A stretch of 64,000 nucleotides of DNA from Monocercomonoides exilis PA203 (taxonomy: Eukaryota; Protista; Preaxostyla), in NCBI GenBank assembly GCA_001643675.2, contig LSRY02000035.1, positions 992,001-1,056,000 on the forward strand, in the 5' to 3' direction. Below are positions 38,007-49,479 of the stretch, one piece after another. Numbering within the stretch: the first letter of the stretch is position 1; every line of letters starts with the position of its first letter. The notes under the pieces are model-generated. The model had not been told where the DNA came from. It saw only the letters and a list, made by a program, of their open reading frames with translations, and did not search any database. The position numbers and the translations under genes were made by a program.

Positions 38007-39330
38007 AATTGTTTTCTGAATTGAAAGAATGCAATGAAGATGAGCAGAGAAAGAAAATAGAAGAAATGAATGAAATAGTTGATGAAATGAATATGAAAGA
38101 ATTCAAATCCATTTTCACTCCATATCTGTTCAATAATGTTGATAAAATGATTGAAAAAGAGAAAATGTCAATGGAAAATGCGATTTTTCTGCAGAAAAAT
38201 GTTGGATTTTGCAATGCGTTGAAAAGAATTTGCATTGAAGGATTTGAATATTCAACATTGTACAAAAGAATTGAAAAGATGATTGCTGACGAAGAGAAGA
38301 AAGAAGAAAAGAATGAAAAACTTCTTGTCGATCTTTGGGAATGCAATCTTTTGCTAAGTTACCAACTCGATTCGAAAATGCTTTCAATTTGTGTGCCTTG
38401 TCTTCTGAAATTTGCATTGAAGAAAGAGGAAGACGAGGAAACTCCAAAAGAAGTGGAAATGGCTTTGCTATCTTTGAGCAATATTAAATTTTATGTATGA
38501 ACATTATTATTACATTTTTGAAATCATTGTGGCTTTTTAAAATATATTTTGATTAGCGTGCTGAAAAAGAACTGTATTTGAATGAGATCAAAGAGATTAT
38601 CCGAAATCATCAGGAGCATCACAACCTCACCCGACTTGCCTATCAGTCTGCTTGGCAGTTTTTGATGAACCGATCACTTGTATATAGAGATTTAAAAGGA
38701 ATTGTTATGAATGAACTGCATTTTGCCAGAGAGGTGGGAAAAGAACTGGAAGAGTTTGCGAAATGTGTGGATTGGAAGAAAGAGAAAGAAGAGGAAATGG
38801 GAAAAGAAACGAAAGAAAAGCTTGTGTTGATGAGATGGTTCCATGTGTTGTTTATTTTCTTCGGTTTATGCAACTTATGGAATGAAGAATTTATTGGGCT
38901 TGTTGGGGGCATTGCTTGGGTGTTAAGGGCGGCAAAGGAAAATCACAAAAAAATAAGCGAGAAATACATTTATTTGTTGGGAAATGCAGCGAAAAGAAGA
39001 GATGTGAAAGTTGAAGGATTGTTGAAAATTGGAGTAGTCGATTCAGTTTTGGAGGAGATTCAGCAGTCAACGTTGAATGAAGGCGTGACATTTCAAAGCT
39101 GTCACTTCTTTTTGAAGATTTCAGAAAGATTGAAAGAAAAGACGGATAATGATGAATTGGAAGAAGGGAATAGAAAGGCAACGAAAATGGAGATATTCGA
39201 AAAGTTGGAAGAAGAAGGATACGACGATACCATCACAAGTTATCATGAATTTTTACATCTTCTTAAAGTGAACAAAATTGATTTTGATGCAATTTCGTTG
39301 GATATTTCTGAATATTTTGTGAATGTTTAA
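38007..39330 (+). CDS. member 3 of the expanded helical family, probably intact; short 5' exon(s) near 37870-37943
   Basis: ORFs 38009-38500 and 38578-39330 are joined in frame by a phase-0 intron 38495-38556 (GTATGA...TTAG). Confidence 0.8.
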
Positions 39331-39402
39331 GTCCAAAGCGCTTTTTCTATTTCTGATTATTTGGAAATTGTTTTTGTTGAGTCAGAAAAAGAAAGGAAAC
39401 AA

Positions 39403-39868
39403 AAGAAGAAGAAGAAGAAGAAGAAGAAGAAGAAGAGAGGAAGAATTTGATAACAATCCGAAAAGAGTTTTTTTATCTGTACGTACAATGCCAATTTATT
39501 CTTCATCTATCTCCTTCAACAACTTCTTCAAAAACAACAACAACAACAACAACTTCTTCTTCTTCTTCCTCCTCCTCCTCTTCTTCTTCTTTTTCCTCCT
39601 CCTCCTCCTCCTCCTCCTCCTCCTCCTCCTCCTCTTCTTCTTCTTCTTCTTCTTCTTCTTCTTCCTCCTCCTCCTCCTCCTCCTCCTCCTCCTCCTCCTC
39701 CTCTTCTTCTTCTTCTTCCTCCTCCTCCTCCACTTCTTCTTCTTTTTCCTCCTCCTCCTCCTCCTCCTCCTCCTCCTCCTCCTCCTCCTCCTCTTCTTCT
39801 TCTTCTTCTTTTTCCTCCTCCTCCTCCTCCTCTTCTTCTTCCTCCTCCTCCTCCTCCTCTTCTTCTTC
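39403..39868. repeat. compound trinucleotide microsatellite: (AGA)n, (CAA)n, then ~315 bp (CTT/CCT)n
   Basis: Seen directly. The tract 39553-39868 is almost pure pyrimidine. Confidence 0.95.
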
Positions 39869-41573
39869 GAATTCTTTGCAAACAAATCATTTCATTCCAG
39901 AAATCAATGAAAACATGAAAAATTCTTCCTTTATTGATTCTTCTCATTCTCCTTCTCCTTCTCCTTCTCCTTCTTCTTTTTCTTCGAACTATTTTTCAAC
40001 AAGATTTCCGCATGCTCACATGCCATTGATGCCTGACTTGTGAACACGAAGAGCATCGAAGCGGAAATAAAATGAAAAAGATTAAATTAAACATAAAGAA
40101 GTTGATGACGAAAGAAACAAAGTGTATGAGAAAGAAAATCCAATGTATTTAATTCTTTTTTCTTTCATTTTAATCTCTTCGTTTGTTCTTCTTTTTCAGC
40201 ACCTTAGCAGCCTGTTGCATGACGGACTCTTCGATAGACACAAATGGAGAAGAGAGAGAACAGGAAAATGATAGAAAACTCTTATCAGATGAAAGTTTAT
40301 AGAATAAGTTGAGAGCATGTTTGCCGAATTAAGCTGTTTAATTTGACAAGCGTTGCCATATGAATCTGTTTTATTCAGATAAGTGATGATTCTAACGACA
40401 AAAGGCGAATGCTTCGGAGACGAACAGGCGGAATATGCAGAGCTTAAAGAGAAAAAATTTAAGAATGAAGCTTCAGAGCCAAAAGCAGTTTCAGCAATTG
40501 ACTAATAATTCCGATTTTTGAAATATTTCAACTTTTTTGAAGTGCAAATGAGTTTTGTGATTCGTTTCTTCTTTTTTTAGTTCATTGAATCATCATCATA
40601 TTCTTCAACAAACTCATAATGGATTTATTAAGAGTTTAATTCCTTCTTTCTGAACAGTTTTTTTCCTGTGATAATTCCGCAACTCAGTTGATTACAGACA
40701 CATCAAGTGGAAGTGATATAATTCATACAAAATTGTTGGAAGAAGCACATGCAAATGCACCAAATGCGAAGAAGAAGGGGAAGGAAGGAGAAGATAAAGA
40801 GAAAAGAAAGGGAAAGAAGTGGATGAAGAAGTTTTCATTCGGAGTTTGAATCAAAGTTTGCAGTTCAATGAGTATTTAACAACTTCTTTTCAATCAAGCA
40901 GTTTTGTGATTCAAAGAAAATCAAATTACAAAAGGAAGAAATATTGAGAAACCTCATATTCGTTTTTTCAAATTTCTACAAAGCCTATCCTTCATGAAAT
41001 TTTGCTTTTTAGAACAATTAACGAAATTTCTTCAAAATTCTATTTCAAAGGAAAGAAAATGAAAGAAAATGTGAAGAAAAATTTTGAAAAGAAATTCTAT
41101 ATTAAAAAACAACAATTTAGAAACGAAAAGCTGAGGTAAATTCCTTGTTTGAACAAAAATATGAAAGTGTCAAAAAATTTATTTGTTTATGGTTTTTGGA
41201 TCATTATTTAAATTTGATGTAAAGGGGTTATGGGGCATAATATTTTATTGCGTTTTTAATGTGAATGTTTTTAATACACCAAAATGAATGGAATTAATAA
41301 ATGTGAATAAAAAAAATATTCATTAAATTTTAACGAGATTGATAAAGATAGTTATAAAAATGAAATTTTGCTTTTGTTTTTTTTTTCATTTTATTTTATT
41401 TCATTTTATTTTGTTAAACCAAATGAAAATGCAAAATTCGCAATAGAGCGAATCTACAAACGCAAGGAGCAGGTTTGCTCCTCAATAATGAGTGTATTAT
41501 AAATTATGGGTGGTTTTAGATCAAACTTTGCCAACAATTTAATTTTTCTCACATACCATTGTCCGCTTGTTAG

Positions 41574-42632
41574 ATGACGCAAGACACGGTTAGAGTACCG
41601 AACAGCAACGGTGAAGACAGAAGTTTTGATTTGATGCACAGACTTTCAAGTGTAGAAGATATGATTGAAGAAATTTCAAGAAGCCAAACACAAGCAATGC
41701 AGTCGGGAGCTACGGAGTTGCTGCCAACGAGGAAAGTTAAGAGGGAACGAGCTAGGAGAAGAAGCAGATCGAGATCGAGCGAGTCGGAGTCGGACGAAGA
41801 ATTTGGTGATCTGATCGCGAGACGGAAACAAGGAAAGCGTGAGAAAAGACGTTCCACATATAGCCGAATGAAAAGACGGGAAGACGAAGAGGATAGCGAC
41901 TGGGATTCTGAAGAGCTGGGAGCGCTGGAAGAGAAAGAAGGAACAGAAGACTTTACAAGAATTTTTCCCAGGGAGTGGTTGACACCCCGGTGACAAGCGA
42001 GCGAGTTGAGGAAATTCATTGAGTTCTGTAAGGCTGGATCGTTAAGAATGAATGATGATATACTGAATACATTTATTCCAGATTACGAGAAGGAGTTTTT
42101 TACAGGACACAGAGACACAAATTGGAATGCGCTAGCCAGAACAGCCATCACAACAAAGGGGAGAAGAGATTCACCTGAAGCGAGTCGAGTAATTGATATC
42201 CTCCAGCCGGCCCTAGAGTCGGGCTTTGAAGCATCGAAAGCTATTGCAGCCCTTGTGGCAAGTGAGTTAAGGAAAACACATATTGAAGATGAGGAGAAAG
42301 AACGACTGAGAGGACTGTTTTGCGCCTATGCGCTTATCGCCGACTGTATCAACAGAATTAACCTACTAAAGGTTATACCCAAATCGGGCTGGGAGAGCGC
42401 GAAAGGCTTTCAAGAAGGAGGAATGTCCAAGGAGGTGCCGGAGAACCTGAAGAAGCTGGAAGAAAGCACCAGCTTTTTTCAAGTAGAGGGAGATGCAACA
42501 GGATACGGGGCATCTCCCGACACCACAACAGGTTTCGGGCCCGCAACGGCCAGAGGCGGGATCCCGAGAAGATACAGTTCGGCAAGGAGCACCCAAGGAT
42601 TCGTATACAGACAGCTCCAAAGAAGGGGTTAA
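41574..42632 (+). pseudogene. DIRS ORF1 (gag-like), in-frame TGA at 41991-41993
   Basis: ORFs 41574-41993 and 42006-42632 share one frame. Position is directly after the left ITR and upstream of RT. Confidence 0.6.
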
Positions 42633-43027
42633 CGCAGGAGCTTCACAGATTTCAGGGGAAAGAAGAGAACGCCACAGTTCCAGGCCCAGTTCGTCCCAAC
42701 AATAACGGGAAAGACAGTCCCCATTACGGGACCATTACCACCAGCTCCCCCAAGAACCCAAGGAGGGACAGCGATGGAATCAACAATTGGATCCAACAAA
42801 TGGTAGCGAGAGTAGAGAGAGAAGAGAGAACCGCGCTTTGCCGCGAGACCGAGAGGGACAGAAAGCCGTCGAATTCCTTAGGAGCGACAGTACAACAAGG
42901 AGTGTCATTCAATCGGCAGATAGTTACAAAAAGGGAACACGTGGAAGTTTGTGAGAACATCGAAGAGGCACTGAACCCGTTCGATCGCGAGAAGAGGATA
43001 AATCAAGATATCTAGAGAGATCACGAG

Positions 43028-45222
43028 ATGGGAACATGGAGAGAGATCATAGAAGGAGACTCCGTATATCCCCGCAGGACAAGATTCAAGAACAATAAGA
43101 GATTCGAGAAGGAAAACAAGAAGGTAGTCTGGAGAGCTTCTGTGACTGCTACCGAGTCCCAAATTGTGAGCGCCCTGGAGGTGAGCTCGAAGACAGTTAT
43201 TGCAGATATTCACGAAGGAAAAGGAAATACACAGATACAGTTTGGCCACAAGACGCTAGGAGTGAAGAGGAGAACAGCGAGTGGACCACCGAAGGAGCCA
43301 CTTCCTGGGAGACTGGTGAACAGGCTGAGCGAGTGGAAGAAGATTGGGGGAGACAAACTAGTGAGCCGTGGTATAAGAGTTCGATGGAGAAGTCCCCAGT
43401 CACCAATCTCACTCGAGAAGAGAAAACACAGACACGTATTTCGGGGGACGATGGAGATGACGAGGAATTATATATCCCTCTTGGAGGAGGAGTTAAAGGA
43501 CGGAGTGGTCAAGCCCATACAGGAGTCGGAGGTGAAGTGGTTCAACCCGACATTCATGGTGAAAAAGAAAAACGGAAAGTGGAGAAAGATACTAGATTGC
43601 AGGGCGCTAAACGAGGAAGTGCAGGGAAAACACATCAAGATGGATTCACAGGAGACAGTGGTGGAACTCATGGAGGAGAACGATTGGATGACCACTCTGG
43701 ACATATCGAGTGCATACCAGCATGTAAAGGTGGACGAACAATTCAGTCCCCACCTGTGCTTCAGCTTTCAGAATCAATGTTACGCTTACGTAGGGATGCC
43801 CTTTGGAGCGAAGGACGCGCACTGAGTATTCACGAAGATAATTTGAAGGGCAGCCTCGTTCATCAGAGAACAGTGGAAGGTAAAGCAGGTAATATATTTG
43901 GACGACATTCTCCTCATGCACCCAGACAGGTATGCAATTGAGATTAATCATGCTGGATATAGCACAGTTCCTGAGAAATCTGGGCTGGATACATTCGGAA
44001 GAGAAATTGAACTTGTAACCAACAAGGAGCGTGGAGTTTTTGGGATGGCAGTGGAATTCAGAGAAGATGGAGCTGACGCTTTAAGAGAGGAAGAAAGTTC
44101 TGCTGCTGGAGGACGTGCGAACTTGGATTGCATATGCAAAGAGATGGAAGAGTCAAAAGACAAAAGAGCTGGCAGTACTCCTCTGGAGGCTGAATTTTGT
44201 GAGGCTGCAACACCCACCAGCAAGCTTGTGGATTAAGCGCATGCAATACGTGCTGAGGTAGGCAATAGCCCGCGGGGGCTGGAAGGGAACTGTTATAGTC
44301 AACTCAACGTTGTTGGGAGAATTAACACATTGGAGGAAAACACTGCAAGAGAACAGACCGAGGTGTCTGAGGAAGAGAACAAGGCCAGCAGAATTAACTA
44401 AAGATGCGTTAGAGACGGGATGGGGCGCAGTGTTAACAGTACCGAGAGAGAACAAAGAGGAGAAGATTTATGTCCACGGAAGTTGGACCCTCCAGTAGAG
44501 CATGCTAGCGATCAACGAAAAGGAGTCCAGAGCAGTGTTGAGAACTATCGAGAGAAAGGGAGCATGGACGCAACAAAAGAGAATAGATCATATTCGTCTA
44601 AAGACTGACAACATGTCCACGAGATGGACGATTCACAAGAAAAGTGGAGCGCCATCGCTCATTCAAACGCTGAGAGCATTGGAGAAGAAACTGAACAGCC
44701 TGGACATTACGATACAAACGGAACATCTCCGGGGAGAGCAGAACACTGAGCAGATGCACTCAGCCGGATGGCGAGAAAGCCGGACTATGCACTGAGGGGG
44801 GAGAAAGTCGCATAGATATTACAAATAGTCGCACCGAGAATGCCAGATACAATTTCAGAACCGATTGCGCTGGTGCCCTGCGGAAGTACTTGGAGACTAT
44901 CCTCTCTGAGAAGGAAGAGAGAGAGAGAAACGCAAGAAAACGAGATAGTGCTAGTCTGTTACTAAGAGACATTGGACGGGTGCTGAAAGAGAGAATGAAC
45001 GAGCCTCAGAGGGATCTGACGATTCTGATTCTGCCGGCCTGGCGGGGGCAGACCTGGACCCCGCTACTGCAGCCTGGGCATTCGATAAAGGCCCTGGGGA
45101 CCTTTCAGGAGTGCATGAAACCGGGAGCGAAGATGAGAAGAGAAGGTTGGAAACTACCCCCAGGAGAGGAAATAAGCGTTATACTGGAGAAGAGAATATG
45201 CAGGGAAGGGACCTCTTCTTAA
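43028..45222 (+). pseudogene. DIRS reverse transcriptase - RNase H - methyltransferase-like region, disrupted
   Basis: LPGRLVNRLSEW, FMVKKKNGKWRKILDCRALN, TTLDISSAYQHV, GMPFG and YLDD (RT). DALETGWGA, INEKESRAV, LKTDN and EHLRGEQN (RNase H). ILILPAWRGQTW (DIRS MT-like). Stops and frameshifts are present. Confidence 0.9.
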
Positions 45223-45341
45223 CATGTGGAGAATAAGTTGGAGCGAGGGATATTGAAGCAGCAATACAAAAAAATCAGAAGAGTGAAAGAGATGTATGGA
45301 GAGCGCTGCGAAGATTAAAGCAACTCCTGGATGGGGAAAGC

Positions 45342-46595
45342 ATGGATGACACTGATCCCCTCACAAACAAAGATGCAAAGTGGATTATGGCAGAGTTCAC
45401 CGAAACACTCTCGAATACGAACCTCTCAAACGGAGTGATTCATCAGACAGTACGGAAAGTACTGGAGTCCATCAACCTTTTTAGAGAAACCAAGATGTAT
45501 CGAAAGGACATAGAAATATTTCTAAAGACTTATGTGGGGGATAAGCCAAGAAGGGGCAAACGATACAAATCAATGTGGGACTTGACAATCATCACAAAAT
45601 GGGCTGAAATCACCTACAACGCAAAAGAAGTTCGAACACTCCAGAGGAGAGCCCTCATCCTCACCATGATTTTTAGAGCGTTAAGGCCTGCGGAGTTAGA
45701 AAGAATGAGAAGAGAGACGATGATAGTCAAGGATAATACAATACTCACACAAGTACGAACCAAGACGTTGCGAGGTGAGGTTATCAAAGTTATTATCAAT
45801 AAACACACCAATTTACGAATTGATGCAATAGACGTCCTCCAACGTTTGATTGAGTTCACAAAGACAACTTTTAAGGATGAACAGGTGTGGTTTGATATAG
45901 AAGGGAGTAGACCTGCTAACCTGCAGAAGATTAAAGAAGAACTAACGGCTATTTTGAGAGAGAACGAAATACCCGAAACTTTCACCGCATTCTCGATTGT
46001 ACATGCAGTGATAACGCACTTAACCAAACAACAAGATCCAGATTTGAAAGTAATCAATGCGTACGTGAGATGGGCGCCAGGTTCTAGAGTAGTCCAGGAG
46101 TATTACACCGTGTTTCCGGTCCAAGACACAAATTGGATCCTGGAGACAATCGGTGGATCAGTACTCCAGGGGGGAGAAGAGAACAAGCCAGATAGGAGCG
46201 GAGATACGAAGGAAGGGACGCTGGAGATAGCAGAGGCAGATACGAAAAATCACACCGATGAATCACCAAAAGCGGGATTTGAAGAAGGGAAGAAACCTAT
46301 GAGAAAGCGATCAAAAGGGAGAAAGAAACTCCTGAGTGAAGAAGGAAAGAAAAGTGAAACGGTTCAGTCACGAAGCTCTACACCCCGACGACCAGGCAGT
46401 CAGAGGACACCCTCCATTATACCCAATAATATCTGTGAGCTGATGGGAGAGAAGGATTCAACTCCCCTGAAAAAGAGAGGAAAGGATCGGAGAAAGCGCA
46501 ATGGAAGAAGTATAGGACAGATAGGGGATAGCAATGAGGAGGCAAGGGCCAGACCGATGTCTCCTCAAAGAGATCCCAAGAGGGAGCGGGTGTAG
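45342..46595 (+). CDS. DIRS tyrosine recombinase, probably non-functional; true start likely upstream
   Basis: SMWDL, FRALRPAEL (catalytic R), FSIVHA (degenerate H/Y-S-x-R-H box) and RWAPGSRVVQEYY (catalytic W and Y). Confidence 0.75.
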   Translation: MDDTDPLTNKDAKWIMAEFTETLSNTNLSNGVIHQTVRKVLESINLFRETKMYRKDIEIFLKTYVGDKPRRGKRYKSMWDLTIITKWAEITYNAKEVRTLQRRALILTMIFRALRPAELERMRRETMIVKDNTILTQVRTKTLRGEVIKVIINKHTNLRIDAIDVLQRLIEFTKTTFKDEQVWFDIEGSRPANLQKIKEELTAILRENEIPETFTAFSIVHAVITHLTKQQDPDLKVINAYVRWAPGSRVVQEYYTVFPVQDTNWILETIGGSVLQGGEENKPDRSGDTKEGTLEIAEADTKNHTDESPKAGFEEGKKPMRKRSKGRKKLLSEEGKKSETVQSRSSTPRRPGSQRTPSIIPNNICELMGEKDSTPLKKRGKDRRKRNGRSIGQIGDSNEEARARPMSPQRDPKRERV

Positions 46596-46704
46596 AGCAA
46601 GAGGTCCGCACCACTACACGCACGCTCTCAACTCATCCGCCGCACTAGAGCGTGCTAGGAAAGGGGTTTTAGATCACATATACAGAGATAAAAGGGATTT
46701 CGAG

Positions 46705-46794
46705 ACTCATTATTGAGGAGCAAACCTGCTCCTTGCGTTTGTTGATTCGCTCCATTGCGAATTAATAAAAACGCAGTGAGACAGGTTTGCTCCG
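46705..46794. repeat. DIRS internal complementary region (ICR)
   Basis: 46705-46763 is the reverse complement of 41435-41493 (57/59 identical). 46779-46794 is the reverse complement of 47431-47446. Confidence 0.88.
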
Positions 46795-48100
46795 AGATAA
46801 TAGGAATGCGGATGGAGAGACGATAGGCGGAGTGGTGCGAGGGGGAGCCAGAAATGTGTTGAGAGATGACTAGAAAAAAGGGCGATATATAGAAAGAGAG
46901 AGAGAGAGAAAGAAGAAACGCCTGAAGTGATTAGTGTACGCCGGGAGCCTGGAAAGATACAAATAGAACGAACAAACAAGTTTAATCAAAAGCTCTCTAT
47001 CCAACACGATAACGATTGTTCGTTACACAGAAGAGTCAGATCGGTCCATACACTGCGCGATGATAGGGTTTGCTCTGCTGATGCAACAGAGAAGCGGGAG
47101 GCAGAGTCCTGCTTAGACAGTTTTCTTTTCCACGCCTCGCGAAAGTGAGAGTGGCTTTTCTTTCTGCTCCAAGAACACTCGCCTCACCAAATCCATACAC
47201 AGTTTGCAGGAGACAGCTCCGAGGGGCAATGTCCCCTGCCCTCTGGTCTCTGTGACCAAGGCGAAAAGGCGATGTCGGTGGTGAAGTGAAGCGGACAATT
47301 CATAATACATTTTTTATTATTGAACATGTTTTTGTCCATATTTTCATCTCGCCCTTTTTTCCACTTCATATTTGTGAGTGCGAAGTTCTCACTTAAACCT
47401 CCCATAAATCGTGAACAATACTCATTACCCCGGAGCAAACCTGTCTATCTCCATTCTATAAACAAAAATTTTCGAGAAAGAATTGTTATATTCATTTATA
47501 TGATCAAGAAATTGGTCATATTTATGTAATGAAAAAAAGATAATTGATGTTAATCATTGTGTTCATGAAATTTCTATATAATAAAATATTGTTTGACATT
47601 TATGCATGAAAAAAATGAAGGAAAATGTGATAAAAGAATTTCTGTTCAATCTTCAAGTCAGTGTTTTTTTCTCTTCTTCAAACTTGAATCGTAGTTATAT
47701 CCATTTTGGGAACACTTCTGTTCAGCCTTTTCAAAACAATCACTCCACAACTCTTTCATCTTAAACATTTTCTTCTTTCTTCTTTGTTTCTTTTCTATTT
47801 TATCATTTTCAAAGCAATTAAAGGAAAAATTGTTCGTCATCTTTTTCGATTGCTTCTTCTTTATTATTCTCTAATTTTGTATTTTTTAAAAGTTCTGCAT
47901 AAAGCAGAACAGTTAGTTGCACTTTTCTGTTTTTTATTTCTTTTTTGAAATAAGGAAATACAGTTTTCTTCGCTCAAAATTTATTTTTTTCATCATTTTT
48001 TTCTTTATCATTTTCTTTTTCAATTAATATAACATCGTAATCGCTTTCTTCATCATCTGTAAAAATTAGCGGAGTTGAATAATCAAATAAGTGTTATTAA

Positions 48101-48511
48101 ATATGAGTGATTATTTTTGACATCATAACTTATTTCGGGTTGTTGGATTTTCAAAGGTTGTTTGTCGCTGAGTAAAGATTTTGAATATAAATGAAAAAAT
48201 CGATATTTCTGTTTCAAAACAAATATTTTGTGCAGAAATAAAAAAAAAATATGGGTGATTATTTTTGAATTCATATTTTCTCGGTTAAATATTTCGATTT
48301 AAAAAGATCCATTGAATATCAACAAACGAATAATGAGAAATGAAAAGACTTATAAAAGACATCTTCATCTTTATTTGAGTTGAAACATATGTTTTTGAAA
48401 ACAGTTGAAATGTATTTAGCATTTGAATATAAAATCTCTTAAAGTGATAATCAATCTTTGAAAAAACAACACCCCGAAAAAAATTATGATTTCAAAAATA
48501 ATCACCCATAT
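48101..48511. repeat. degenerate inverted-repeat (MITE-like) element
   Basis: ATATGAGTGATTATTTTTGACATCATAACTTATTTCGGG... is mirrored by ...CCCCGAAAAAAATTATGATTTCAAAAATAATCACCCATAT. Related motifs occur at ~48250 and ~17710-17747. Confidence 0.6.
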
Positions 48512-49479
48512 CTTGGTAAAACTTGTTCACTTTTCAGTGTTCGTTTACTGATACTAAATGCAAATTTTTGAACGGAAAATTAAGAATGAGAAAAATTTGA
48601 ACTTTAAAAATAACTTCCAACATTTTTGTTTTAAAAAACAAATTAATGTTTTTAAAATGACTGATTTATATTATCCCCAATCAATAAAAAAAGATTATGA
48701 AGGCTATACTCTCGTGAAGAAGTTTGTGAAAGGATGAAACAACTGATGCAACAAATCCATTCATCTGAAAGATCTACTCTGGGAAGAAAAGGAACACACA
48801 GCAACGTTGACAGGACTCCTGTGAATATGCTCTTTCAAAATTATATAACACCAAAACAATAAAAAAGATATATAGCTTTATCTTCTTTTGTTAATATGAT
48901 TCAAACACCAACTCTCAATCGAGTATTTCCAACTATTTCCTTTGAAACTGTGAAAAAAGATAAAATTAAAGAAACCAAACAAGAAGAGAACGAATCGGGC
49001 GATTCTTCTTTTGAATAGGAAGAAGACAGCGAAGAATATGAAATAAGCAGTTAGTCAGATGTTTCTGCTGAAGAAGAGGAACGTGAAGAAAAAAACGAAG
49101 AAGAACTGAAGGCAAAGTTTGATAAACAAGAATTGGATAACACAATGAAGTTTGCGAGTGGAATTTACAAGCCAAGTTCTATCGTGCCTTAAACAGTCGA
49201 ATTTCAACTTAACAATGCTTCTGAAAAAAGAGAATACAAAAATGGTTCTTGTAACGATGAACGGTTAAAAGAAGGGAATTAAATGGAAAATGGATGGAAT
49301 GCAACGAAACATAATAACATGGAACTAACATCTTCATATTTATCTTCTTCTGTATTGGCATGTGCATTTAAATTAACAGAAAAAATTCAATATTCAAGAT
49401 AGCATCATGTGAAGTCAAGGATGGATTGTGTTGTTCAAAAAAAGAAAGTTCAAAACAAAAAAGGCCTTTGAGATTCATT

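Larger units (their letters stand above)
41435..47460 (+). mobile_element. DIRS-type tyrosine-recombinase retrotransposon, decayed coding regions, terminal structures retained
   Basis: gag-like, RT, RNase H, MT-like and YR segments in order. Diverged inverted terminal repeats and an internal complementary region. Confidence 0.9.

Noticed and set aside
39323-40043. Poly-F/L, poly-S, poly-R/K, poly-E and poly-G ORFs
   Set aside because: Translations of the trinucleotide microsatellite.
47060-47150. Hammerhead ribozyme (CTGATG...GAAA)
   Set aside because: The core reads CTGATGC, and the GAAA is a hairpin tetraloop rather than the conserved junction.
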